Assembly (NCBI GenBank): GCA_938005465.1
Contig: CALLNU010000019.1
Coordinates: 85,917 to 149,916, forward strand
DNA length: 64,000 bases
Source: an uncultured Collinsella sp.
GTDB lineage: Bacteria > Actinomycetota > Coriobacteriia > Coriobacteriales > Coriobacteriaceae
Direction: 5' to 3'
Shown: one piece after another, positions 52,853-61,819 of the stretch
Layout: the number at the start of each line of letters is the position of its first letter
Numbering within the stretch: the stretch's first letter is position 1
Program-made: the position numbers and the translations under genes
Notes under the pieces: model-generated
Told to the model about the DNA's origin: nothing
What the model saw: the letters and a program-made list of their open reading frames with translations, nothing else
Databases searched by the model: none

Positions 52853-52866
52853 AGAACAGTTGTTCG
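52853..52866. promoter_or_regulatory. LexA (SOS) box, Gram-positive type
   Basis: AGAAC-AGTT-GTTCG (GAAC-N4-GTTC), next to a TATACA -10-like hexamer on the - strand. Confidence 0.65.
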
Positions 52867-52966
52867 TGTGTTTTCTATTGAGCTGTCCGCACGGCATGGT
52901 ATGGACCTGCGCACGAAATAGGGCGCCCCCGAAGGAGCGCCCTTGCATATCCCCTATGCAGCCGAG

Positions 52967-54250
52967 TTACGCGACCGGCTCGATCTTCTCGAGACCGCCC
53001 ATGTAAGGACGCAGAACCTCGGGGATCGTGATGGTACCATCGGCGTTCTGGTAGTTCTCCAGAATGGCGGCCATGGTGCGGCCGGCCGGCAGGCCGGAAC
53101 CGTTGAGCGTGTGCAGGTAGCGCGAACCCTTGAAGTTCTCGGGGTCGCGATACTTGATGTTGGCGCGGCGAGCCTGGAAGTCACCGCAGTTGGAGCAGGA
53201 GCTGATCTCCTTGTAGGCGTTGTAGCTCGGCAGCCAGACCTCGACGTCGTAGGTCTGACGGGCAGAGAAGCCCAAGTCGCCGGTGCACAGGCTAATCACG
53301 CGATACGGAAGGCCCAGCTGCTGCAGCAGGTACTCGGCCTCGGCGGTCATGCTCTCGAGCTCCTCGTCGGACTCCTCCGGCTTAGCGAACTTGACCATCT
53401 CGACCTTGTCGAATTCGTGCTGACGGATGATGCCGCGGGTGTCGCGACCGGCGGAACCGGCCTCCTCGCGGAAGCAGGGGGTGAAGGCGGTGTAGCGGCG
53501 CGGCAGGGTGTCGGCGTCGAGGACCTCGCCGGCGTGCAGGTTGGTGAGCACGACCTCGGCGGTGGGGATCAGGAAGTTGTCGCCCGAGACGTGATAGGCG
53601 TCGTCCTCGAACTTGGGCAGCTGACCCGTGCCAAACATGGTCTGACGCTTGACGACGATGGGCGGCCACCACTCCTTAAAACCACGGCTGGTGTGCGTAT
53701 CGAGGAAGAAGTTGATAAGGGCGCGCTCCAGGCGGGCGCCGGCGCCACCGAGAACGGTAAAGCGGCTGCCGGAGAGCTTATTGCCACGCTCGAAGTCGAG
53801 GATGTCCAGATCGGTGCCCAGATCCCAGTGCGGCTTAAAGTCGAAGTCGAACTCGCGCGGGGTGCCCCAACGACGGCGCTCAATGTTCTCGTCCTCGTCC
53901 TTGCCGTACGGCGTGGCCTCGCAAGGAATGTTGGGCAGGTGAGCCATGAAGTCGTACTGCTCCTGCTCGAGAGCAGTGCGGCGCTCGGCCAGACCGTCAA
54001 TCTTCTCGTTGACGGCGCGCACGGCCTCCTTGGCGGCCTCGGCCTCGTCCTTCTTGCCCTCCTTCATCAGGGCGCCGATCTTCTTGGACTCGGCATTGCG
54101 CGTAGCCTGGAGCTCCTCGACCTCGGTGATGACGGCACGGCGCTCGTCGTCGAGCTCAAAGAACTTCTCGCGATCCCAAGACGTCTGGCGGTTAGCCATG
54201 GCGACATCGATGGCATCGGGGTTCTCGCGAACAAACTTGATATCAAGCAT
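52967..54250 (-). CDS. serS: Serine--tRNA ligase
   Basis: [54 protein letters not shown]. Confidence 0.97.
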   Translation of the reverse strand: MLDIKFVRENPDAIDVAMANRQTSWDREKFFELDDERRAVITEVEELQATRNAESKKIGALMKEGKKDEAEAAKEAVRAVNEKIDGLAERRTALEQEQYDFMAHLPNIPCEATPYGKDEDENIERRRWGTPREFDFDFKPHWDLGTDLDILDFERGNKLSGSRFTVLGGAGARLERALINFFLDTHTSRGFKEWWPPIVVKRQTMFGTGQLPKFEDDAYHVSGDNFLIPTAEVVLTNLHAGEVLDADTLPRRYTAFTPCFREEAGSAGRDTRGIIRQHEFDKVEMVKFAKPEESDEELESMTAEAEYLLQQLGLPYRVISLCTGDLGFSARQTYDVEVWLPSYNAYKEISSCSNCGDFQARRANIKYRDPENFKGSRYLHTLNGSGLPAGRTMAAILENYQNADGTITIPEVLRPYMGGLEKIEPVA

Positions 54251-54361
54251 TAGATCCTCCGGCGATATACATTCCATTTAGGTTGCAACCTTGTACATGT
54301 ATGGGCAAGTATATACTTATGAGCGTTTACGACCCAACTCAACTACGCAAGAAGGCACCCA

Positions 54362-54535
54362 ATGGACGCAGTTTTTTCCTTTTTGTTTGGCACCCGCACC
54401 GGTTTTGCCATCCTTTTCGCCGGCGGCATCCTGTTATTTGCGATTCTTGCCTTTGTAATGGAGAAGCGCACCCATAAGATGTACGTCGACCGCGGGCCCA
54501 AGTCCGAGGATGAGGAAGACAGCTTCTGGGACTAA
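54362..54535 (+). CDS. Small 57-aa membrane protein (absent from the ORF track)
   Basis: MDAVFSFLFGTRTGFAILFAGGILLFAILAFVMEKRTHKMYVDRGPKSEDEEDSFWD*; RBS agaagg; TM helix followed by basic then acidic tail. Confidence 0.75.
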   Translation: MDAVFSFLFGTRTGFAILFAGGILLFAILAFVMEKRTHKMYVDRGPKSEDEEDSFWD

Positions 54536-54693
54536 CCTGCCAAAAAGGGACAGGTTTATTTTGGTCGGTTTTATCTGGGCAAATGCAAGCGCCCCGCAAC
54601 TGGAATTGAGCCAGTTGCGGGGCGCTTTTCGTACATGTGACAAAACCGCAGGAAAACCTGCCAAAATAAACCTGTCTTTTTTGGTCGGTTTTA
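54534..54693. mobile_element. REP/MITE-like ~160-bp element with ~38-bp imperfect terminal inverted repeats and a central 17-bp hairpin
   Basis: ccaaaaagggacaggtttattttgg... versus ccaaaataaacctgtcttttttgg; central aagcgccccgcaactgg / ccagttgcggggcgctt. Confidence 0.7.
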
Positions 54694-55461
54694 TTGGAGA
54701 GTTGCGTCGATGGCCTTGACCAGGGCGCTGCGCATGCCGGCATCCTCGAGCGCGATGACGCCCTTGATGGTGGCACCGCCGGGCGAGCATACGGCATCCT
54801 TCATCGCCGCAGGATGCTGGCCAGTTGCAAGCTGCAGCTTTGCCGTACCCAACACCATCTGGCTCACAATGCGATAGGCATCGGCACGCGGGATACCGTG
54901 CTTGACCGCTGCATCGCCCAGGGCCTCGATTGCCATGGCGACAAATGCCGGAGCGCAACCACCCACCGTGCCGCCCACAAACAGCAGGCTCGTATCGAGT
55001 TCGACGACAGCGCCAAGCTTACCGAGCAGGTCGAGCACAACAGCACGCTGCTCGCCGTTGAGCGTAGAGGACTTCTCGCAAGCGATGACGCCCTCGCCCA
55101 CCGAAACCGGCGTGTTGGGCACCGTCGAGATATGCGCGACGCCCGGCAGGACCTGCTCCCACTTGGCACTGTCCCAGGTCCAGGCAACCGACAGAACGAC
55201 CTTTTTGGCAAGAGCATCCTTGAGCGGGGCGAATATCTTCTCGATCATATACGGTTTGACCGCAGCGACCACGATATCGGATGCGGCGACAACCTCGGCG
55301 GCATCGTGGCAGGCGACCATGCCGCGCGCCTCGCAGCGCTCAACCAGTGCGTCGTAGCGACCCGCGCAGGCGCACATGTCGCTCGCAGCTACACCGGCAG
55401 CGATCCAGCCATCGGCCATAGCGCTCGCCATATTGCCAAAACCGACAAATCCAATCTTCAT
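54691..55461 (-). CDS. proC: Pyrroline-5-carboxylate reductase
   Basis: IGFVGFGNMA, AVKP, PNTP, GCAPAF, KDAVCSPGGATI. Confidence 0.95.
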   Translation of the reverse strand: MKIGFVGFGNMASAMADGWIAAGVAASDMCACAGRYDALVERCEARGMVACHDAAEVVAASDIVVAAVKPYMIEKIFAPLKDALAKKVVLSVAWTWDSAKWEQVLPGVAHISTVPNTPVSVGEGVIACEKSSTLNGEQRAVVLDLLGKLGAVVELDTSLLFVGGTVGGCAPAFVAMAIEALGDAAVKHGIPRADAYRIVSQMVLGTAKLQLATGQHPAAMKDAVCSPGGATIKGVIALEDAGMRSALVKAIDATLQ

Positions 55462-55534
55462 ATCTCATAGTCCTTTCAGACACATTCCTCAAAACGAAAG
55501 GTATTGTCCCACGCCATTGTTTCGTATTGCCGAC

Positions 55535-56005
55535 CTATTTGTGATACGGCTCGCCACGGCTGATCTTGCAGGCACGGTAAATCTGCTCTAGCAGCACCAC
55601 ACGCGCCAGGTTATGCGGCAAGGTAATGCGTCCAAAGCTGAGCATCTCGTCGGCGCGGGCGCGTACCTCATCACTCACGCCGTCCGAACCGCCGATTACA
55701 AAGGCAATGTCGCTGCTGCCTCGGAGCATAAGATCGTCGAGCCGTGCCGAGAGCTCCTCGCTCGAACGCTCCTTGCCCTCGATAGCCAGCAGGATCACAT
55801 GCGCTCGAGACGGCAATGCAGCAAGAATTGCCGCCCCCTCCTTGTCGCGCGCGGCATCCACGCCGCCCGCCTTAGCCGGGTCGATATCGGCCACCTCGCG
55901 GATATCAACCTTGGCATAGGCACCTAGGCGCTTGGTGTACTCAGCGCACGCGTCCTTCCAAAAGCGCTCCTTGAGCTTACCGACGCAAACGACGGTGTAT
56001 TTCAC
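55535..56005 (-). CDS. rlmH: 23S rRNA pseudouridine1915 N3-methyltransferase
   Basis: VGKLKE, FVIGGSDG, TLPHNLARVVLLEQIYRA..GEPYHK. Confidence 0.96.
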   Translation of the reverse strand: MKYTVVCVGKLKERFWKDACAEYTKRLGAYAKVDIREVADIDPAKAGGVDAARDKEGAAILAALPSRAHVILLAIEGKERSSEELSARLDDLMLRGSSDIAFVIGGSDGVSDEVRARADEMLSFGRITLPHNLARVVLLEQIYRACKISRGEPYHK

Positions 56006-56011
56006 GCGCGT

Positions 56012-56950
56012 CTACTCCTTCGAATCGTTTTGAACTTTGCTGGCGGTCAGCATCTGCTCGAACATCGAGGCCGACTGCGAAAAGTCGCTCGGCAGCACGA
56101 CCGTCGAGGTTTTACCCGTGCGAGCGAACTCCGTCATCATCTCGGACCACTGCGTAAACATGAACAGTTGGTTGGCCTCGTCATTGCCGACACCCGTCTC
56201 TTGGATGATCTCGAGCGAATCTTTGATACCCAGCGCGATGGCCTTGCGCTGGTTGGCGATGCCCTCGCCCGCCTTTTCCATTGCCTCGGCCTCGGCGGTC
56301 GCCTCGGTGACGCGCTTGATGCGGTCGGCCTCAGCGAGCTCCTGTGCCGCAGCGCGCTTGCGCTGGGCAGCGTTGATGTCGTTCATGGAGTTCTCAACCT
56401 CGGTCGGCAGTGCGATTTTGGTGATGAGCGTCGACACGAGGGTGAAGCCGTAGGCGGCCATCTGCTCGGAAACGGTAGCGTTGACATCCTTGGCGATGTC
56501 ATCCTTCTTGGCAAAGACCTCATCGAGTGTGTAGACGGGGATCGAAGAGCGCAGGGCGTCGGTGATGAAGTCACGCATCTGGTCGACGGGCTCCTGCAGC
56601 ATGTAGTAGCTCTTGTAGATACCCGAATCTGCCGGGCCGGCGCCCATGTCATAGCTCACGTGGTACTGAGCAGAGACCTCAAGGCCGATGGTCACGTTGT
56701 CCTGGGTCTTAACGTCGATGCCAAAACCGTTTTTCATGGTGCGCAGACTCACCGTGGCGGCCTTGCGGTCGATCACGGGCACCTTCATGTGGAAGCCCGC
56801 GTTAACGATGCGGTTAAACTTGCCCAGACGCTCGATGATCACGGCATGCTGTTGTTCAACGACATAGCAGGCGTTAGGAAGCAGCAGCAACAGGATGATG
56901 ATGGGAATCAAAAGGCTGGTAAGGGCGGCGATGATACCGGACAACAGCAT
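56012..56950 (-). CDS. SPFH/band 7 domain protein
   Basis: IIERLGKF, VKTQDNV, LDEVF.KKDDIA, AAQRKRAAA. Confidence 0.9.
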   Translation of the reverse strand: MLLSGIIAALTSLLIPIIILLLLLPNACYVVEQQHAVIIERLGKFNRIVNAGFHMKVPVIDRKAATVSLRTMKNGFGIDVKTQDNVTIGLEVSAQYHVSYDMGAGPADSGIYKSYYMLQEPVDQMRDFITDALRSSIPVYTLDEVFAKKDDIAKDVNATVSEQMAAYGFTLVSTLITKIALPTEVENSMNDINAAQRKRAAAQELAEADRIKRVTEATAEAEAMEKAGEGIANQRKAIALGIKDSLEIIQETGVGNDEANQLFMFTQWSEMMTEFARTGKTSTVVLPSDFSQSASMFEQMLTASKVQNDSKE

Positions 56951-57021
56951 GGTCTCTCCTCTGATAGGCACACGTTGGCACTAGGATACCCGCACGAAGC
57001 AGCAACGTGACATCAACAAGA

Positions 57022-57261
57022 GGCCCATAACAAAAAAGCTCCCATTGCTGGGAGCTCTTTCAATCAATGGTGCAAGCAAAAGGACGTCCGCGTATCCGCT
57101 TCGCGGATTCGCACCGGCTTCGGCCGCCTGCCGGCGTCCTCGCCAGCTCGCTAAAAACGCTCCGCGTTTTCTTGGCGCTCGCTCCTTCGCAGGTTCAAGT
57201 CCCCGCGATGGGCCCAAAACAAAAAAGCCCCCATTGCTGGGAGCTTTTCAATCAATGGTGC
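57022..57261. repeat. ~52-bp direct repeat of the tRNA-Leu 3' end plus terminator (57022-57073 and 57211-57261) enclosing a structured insert
   Basis: ggccca.aacaaaaaagc.cccattgctgggagct.tttcaatcaatggtgc occurs twice, 189 bp apart. Confidence 0.88.
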
Positions 57262-57342
57262 GGGCGAAAGGACTTGAACCTTCATGGGGTTGCCCCCATA
57301 CGGACCTGAACCGTACGCGTCTGCCAATTCCGCCACGCCCGC
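57256..57342 (-). tRNA. tRNA-Leu(CAG)
   Basis: GGCGGAATTGGCAGAC D-arm, ttCAGgt anticodon loop, long variable arm, GGTTCAAGTCC, CCA. Confidence 0.97.
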
Positions 57343-57385
57343 GTGCAGAAATTAGAATAACGGAGCGCCATCGCGAACGCAAGAA

Positions 57386-58303
57386 CTATTTTTGAAAAAG
57401 TTTGCAGGCATTTTCCCAAGCTGCTCGCGCGATTGCCTCAGCATCCTCGCCGGTACGATCGACACGGTCGTTGACCAGCGTGTTTGCCGTAATGGAGATC
57501 ATTGCGGGCTCGCATTCAAGACCGCGGATGGGCTCCGGAGCCATATACGGGCAATCCGTCTCGAACAAAATTCGATCGAGTGGGGTTGCCGCGAATGCCT
57601 CGCGCACGTCGTCGTTGCGCTTAAAGGTAGCCGCACCACCATAGGCGATATAGCAGCCCAGCTCCACAAAGCGCTCCATCGTGGCGCGGTCCTCGCCAAA
57701 GCAGTGCAGCACACAACCGACCTGGGGCACGCCCACCTCACGAAGCACGTTGTACGCATCAACGTGCGAGGTGCGCTCCCCATCCGAGTCCTCGTGACGC
57801 AGGTGCAGCTCCACCGGCACATTGCGGCGCACGGCAAGCTCGAGCTGGCGCGCCATGCAATCAATCTGCACGTTATGGGGTGCCGGCGCGATATCGTCGT
57901 CATAGTCCATGTGATAGTCCAGGCCGATTTCGCCAATACCGGCGCATAAGGGGTCATCAAGTGCCGCAACGACCTGTGCATGAACGTCGTCGGTATAGTC
58001 CGGCGCGCCATACGGATGCACGCCGGCAAGATACTTGATCTGCGGAATATCCTGCATCGGAAGAATCTCGCGCACCAGCCAGTCGCTATAGTCCGCCACG
58101 CTGCGTTTGTCAGCGATGGGGTCGAACATCGTCACCAACAGGTCGACGCCCGCAGCTTTGGCGCGCACGAGCGTCTCGGGCACTTCTTTGCCCCAAAACG
58201 AAAGCAGGTGCGCGTGCGTATCGGCAAGCGGCGCCAAGGGCACGGGACAAGCAACCGTCTTCTTTTTCTTGGTAAACGTCACGCGTTCGACATTAGGCGT
58301 CAT
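57386..58303 (-). CDS. tatD: TatD family hydrolase
   Basis: DTHAHL, GVHP, GEIGLDY, LHCF, ETDCPY; start overlaps the rsmA end. Confidence 0.9.
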   Translation of the reverse strand: MTPNVERVTFTKKKKTVACPVPLAPLADTHAHLLSFWGKEVPETLVRAKAAGVDLLVTMFDPIADKRSVADYSDWLVREILPMQDIPQIKYLAGVHPYGAPDYTDDVHAQVVAALDDPLCAGIGEIGLDYHMDYDDDIAPAPHNVQIDCMARQLELAVRRNVPVELHLRHEDSDGERTSHVDAYNVLREVGVPQVGCVLHCFGEDRATMERFVELGCYIAYGGAATFKRNDDVREAFAATPLDRILFETDCPYMAPEPIRGLECEPAMISITANTLVNDRVDRTGEDAEAIARAAWENACKLFQK

Positions 58304-59153
58304 GGGAAAGCTCCTGAGCCAGGCGGACAAAGTCGGCAACATCGAGCGTCTCGGCGCGCGTGGTAGGTGCGATACCGCAGGCCTCAAAGGCGGCGTCGAG
58401 CACGTCCTTAGCAAAACCGTTGGCGCTCATGGAATTGCGGATGGTCTTGCGACGCTGAGCAAATGCAGCGTCAATCACGCGGGCCACAAACTCGCGATCG
58501 AGCCCCTCGGGCACCACGCCGTCAACACGGTCGATGCGCACCACGGCAGAATCCACATGCGGTGCCGGCATAAAGCAGCGCGGCGGCACCTCAAAGCGCC
58601 CCGTCACCTGCGCATACAGACCGAGCTTTGCCGTGTAGCCGCCATAGGTCTTGTTGCCCGGCGTTACGCCAATACGATCTGCAACCTCCTTTTGCACCAT
58701 GACGACAGCGCGCTTAAGCGCGGGCATCGTCTGGAAGAACTGAAGGATGATCGTCGCCGCCACGTTATAGGGCAGATTCGCGACAAACACCGTGGGTTCA
58801 CTACCGGCGGCCTGCTCAATCTGCTCCGGCGTCACCTTGAGCGCATCGCCCATGATAAAGCGGAAGTTGGCATAGTCGGCGGCGTGGGCGTCAAGCACCG
58901 GCTCAAGCTCGGGATCTGCCTCAATCGACGTAACGCACGCCGCCTCCTGCAGCAGGGCCAACGTCAGTGTGCCGCAACCCGGGCCGACCTCGAGCACGCG
59001 CTCATCGCCCGCAAGCTCAGCGAGCTCACAGATACGTTCGATCACATGGTTGTCGATCAGGAAGTTTTGGCCCAGGCGATGCTTAGTCGCAAGGCCAAAC
59101 TCCTCTAGCAGCTCCCTGGTGGCCGTGGGGTTTGCCAAAGGCGAAGTTGTCAT
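58293..59153 (-). CDS. rsmA: 16S rRNA m6,2A1518/1519 dimethyltransferase
   Basis: LGQNFL, EVGPGCG, ANLPYN, MVQKEVA, FAQRRKT. Confidence 0.96.
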   Translation of the reverse strand: MTTSPLANPTATRELLEEFGLATKHRLGQNFLIDNHVIERICELAELAGDERVLEVGPGCGTLTLALLQEAACVTSIEADPELEPVLDAHAADYANFRFIMGDALKVTPEQIEQAAGSEPTVFVANLPYNVAATIILQFFQTMPALKRAVVMVQKEVADRIGVTPGNKTYGGYTAKLGLYAQVTGRFEVPPRCFMPAPHVDSAVVRIDRVDGVVPEGLDREFVARVIDAAFAQRRKTIRNSMSANGFAKDVLDAAFEACGIAPTTRAETLDVADFVRLAQELSHDA

Positions 59154-59263
59154 GGTTGCCTCCTTAGCATGATGGCGGCGTCTTGAAACAAAAGGGCATG
59201 GACCGTGGCGGCCATGCCCTTACAGCTAAACAGCAAATTGCCGATATGGCGCTCGCGCGGTCT

Positions 59264-60865
59264 CTACGCCAGACGCGGGAACAGCGGATCACCCTTCTCG
59301 ACGGGCTGACCACCAGCAAGCAGGCCCCAAGCGCAAATGCCCTTGAGGTCGTCGCTCGCGGCCTCGTCCTCGCAGGACAGGCGGCGCAGAGCCTCGGCAG
59401 AAGTCTGGGGCATGAGCGGCATCAGCAGGTGAGCGGCAATGCGGATGGCCTCGAGCAGGTTGTAGATCACAAACGCCAGCTCGTCAGCCTTGGCCTCGTC
59501 CTTGGCAAGTGCCCAAGGCTCGGAGTCCTCGATGTAGTGGTTGGCGGCGTGGATGAGCTCCATGACCTCGTCCTTGGCTCCACCGTAATCGAGCACGTCC
59601 ATCTTGGCCATGTAGCGCTCGACCAGACCATTGGCGATCTTTGCCAGCGGGTTGTCGAACGCATCGAACGATGCGGGCTTGGCGGGCGCGCAACCGTCAA
59701 AATACTTGCCGCTCATGTTGAGCGAACGCGAGATGAGGTTGCCCCAGCTGTTGGCCAGGTCGGCGTTGTAGACCTGCTCCATGCGGTCGAAGCTGATGGC
59801 ACCGTCGGTGCCGGGGACGACGTCGGTCATGAAGTAGTAGCGATAGCCCTCGACGCCCAGCATGTCGATAACGTCCTGCGGAGCGATGGCGTTGCCGCGG
59901 CTCTTGGACATCTTCTCGGCCTTGCCGGTCTCGGCATTGCGCACGGTCAGGAAGCCGTGGGCAAAGACGTGCTCGGGCAGGGCCTCGCCGATGGCCATGA
60001 GCATGGCGGGCCAAATGACGCAGTGGAAGCGGATGATGTCCTTACCCACGATGTGGAACTGCGCGGGCCAGCGATAGGCCAGCTCGGCACGCGCCTCGTC
60101 GGTGTCGACACCGTAGCCGACGGCCGTCATATAGTTGAGCAGCGCATCGAACCACACGTAGGTCACGTGACCCTCGTCAAACGGGACCTGAATGCCCCAG
60201 TCAAAGCTCGTACGGCTCACGGAAAGGTCGTTGAGGCCGCCCTCGACAAAGCTGCGAACCTCGTTCATGCGGAACGCAGGCTCGACAAAGTCGGGATGCT
60301 CGTCATAGAGCTTAAGCAGCTTGTCCTGGAAGGCGGAAAGCTTAAAGAAGTAGGACTCCTCCTGCACGCGCTCAAGCGGACGGTGGCAGTCGGGGCACAG
60401 GTGCTGGCCGACGCTGCCGTACTCCTCGTCGCCCTTCTGGACCTGCGTATCGGTAAAGTAGGTCTCGTCAGGCACGCAATACCAGCCGTCGTAGCTGCCC
60501 TTATACAAGTAGCCGGACTCCTTCATGCGCTCCCACAGGTACTGCACGGCATGGTGCTGGCGCGGCTCGGTGGTGCGGATGAAGTCATCATTGGAAATCT
60601 CGAGCTTGCTCCAAAGCTCCTTGAAGTGCGGGGCCTGGCTGTCGGTCCACTCCTGCGGCGTCATGTTGTGCTTGGCTGCGGCCTCGGCGACCTTCTCGCC
60701 GTGCTCGTCCATGCCGGTCAGGAACTTGACGTTATAGCCGGCGGAGCGGCGATAGCGAGCCTGAACGTCGGCGATGATGGTGGAATAAGCCGTGCCCAGG
60801 TGCGGATCGGCGTTGACGTAGTAGATGGGCGTCGTGATAAAGAACGAAGGCTTGCTTTGATCCAT
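59264..60865 (-). CDS. metG: Methionine--tRNA ligase (short form)
   Basis: ITTPIYYVN, HLGT, YVWFDAL, GKDI.RFH, KMSKS. Confidence 0.96.
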   Translation of the reverse strand: MDQSKPSFFITTPIYYVNADPHLGTAYSTIIADVQARYRRSAGYNVKFLTGMDEHGEKVAEAAAKHNMTPQEWTDSQAPHFKELWSKLEISNDDFIRTTEPRQHHAVQYLWERMKESGYLYKGSYDGWYCVPDETYFTDTQVQKGDEEYGSVGQHLCPDCHRPLERVQEESYFFKLSAFQDKLLKLYDEHPDFVEPAFRMNEVRSFVEGGLNDLSVSRTSFDWGIQVPFDEGHVTYVWFDALLNYMTAVGYGVDTDEARAELAYRWPAQFHIVGKDIIRFHCVIWPAMLMAIGEALPEHVFAHGFLTVRNAETGKAEKMSKSRGNAIAPQDVIDMLGVEGYRYYFMTDVVPGTDGAISFDRMEQVYNADLANSWGNLISRSLNMSGKYFDGCAPAKPASFDAFDNPLAKIANGLVERYMAKMDVLDYGGAKDEVMELIHAANHYIEDSEPWALAKDEAKADELAFVIYNLLEAIRIAAHLLMPLMPQTSAEALRRLSCEDEAASDDLKGICAWGLLAGGQPVEKGDPLFPRLA

Positions 60866-60934
60866 GGGGTTTGTCCTCCAGAAAAACGTTGCATACAGAG
60901 GATGATTCTAGCGCAAGGGCTGGATATCCTCCAT

Positions 60935-61813
60935 CTATTGCATATCGAGCACCATGGCATAGACATCGCGCTTGCGGCGCGAATACTTCTGAGACAGGCG
61001 CTTGGCCACCGCAGAGGCGGGCTCCCCCTCCTCGAGCGCGGCGCGGATATCCGCGCGCAGGGCCTCATCGGGATCCGCTGCCGCGGCGCCAACCGGCGCG
61101 ATACCGGCCTCTTCGTCCTCGCTCGGCGGCGCGATGACCAGCGCAATCTCGCCCTTTACCTCGCCGCGAGCACGCAGCTCCTCGGAAAGCTGGGCAGCGG
61201 GCCCGCGCAAGACCTCCTCGTGTAGCTTGGTAAGTTCGCGGCAGACGGCAACCTCACGCTGGGGAAAGACCTCCGCCACGGCCTCGAGCGTCGCCACGAT
61301 GCGATGTGGAGACTCGTAGAAGATGAGCGCGCCGGGCACCACGGCAAGGCGCTGCAAACGGCGCACACGGTCGCCGTGCTTTCGGCCCAAAAAGCCCTCG
61401 AAGAAAAAATGCTCGCAGGGAATGCCGGACGAAACAAGCGCCGTGACGCAAGCAGAGGGCCCGGGAATAACTTCGACGGGCACATCGGCCTCACGCGCCG
61501 CCTCGACCAGCGCCTGGCCGGGATCGGACACGCTCGGCATGCCGGCGTCCGAGGCAAAGGCAAGGGTCTCCCCCGCCAGCAGACGGTCGACCAGGCCGGC
61601 GGCGCGGCCGGCGATCACATTCTCGTCGCAACGGACAAGCGGCTTGGAAATGCCCAGGTGCATCAGCAACTTTGACGTCACACGCGTGTCTTCGCAGCAG
61701 ATGACATCGGCAGCGGCAAAGGCTTCGCCAACGCGCGGGGATAGGTCGCCCAGGTTGCCGATGGGCGTGCCGACCACATAGAGTTTGCCCGTATGGGCGC
61801 TGTTTTGCGTCAT
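60935..61813 (-). CDS. rsmI: 16S rRNA C1402 2'-O-methyltransferase
   Basis: TPIGNLGD, EDTR, SDAGMP.VSDPG, FYESPHR, RELTKLHEE. Confidence 0.96.
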   Translation of the reverse strand: MTQNSAHTGKLYVVGTPIGNLGDLSPRVGEAFAAADVICCEDTRVTSKLLMHLGISKPLVRCDENVIAGRAAGLVDRLLAGETLAFASDAGMPSVSDPGQALVEAAREADVPVEVIPGPSACVTALVSSGIPCEHFFFEGFLGRKHGDRVRRLQRLAVVPGALIFYESPHRIVATLEAVAEVFPQREVAVCRELTKLHEEVLRGPAAQLSEELRARGEVKGEIALVIAPPSEDEEAGIAPVGAAAADPDEALRADIRAALEEGEPASAVAKRLSQKYSRRKRDVYAMVLDMQ

Positions 61814-61819
61814 ATCAAC

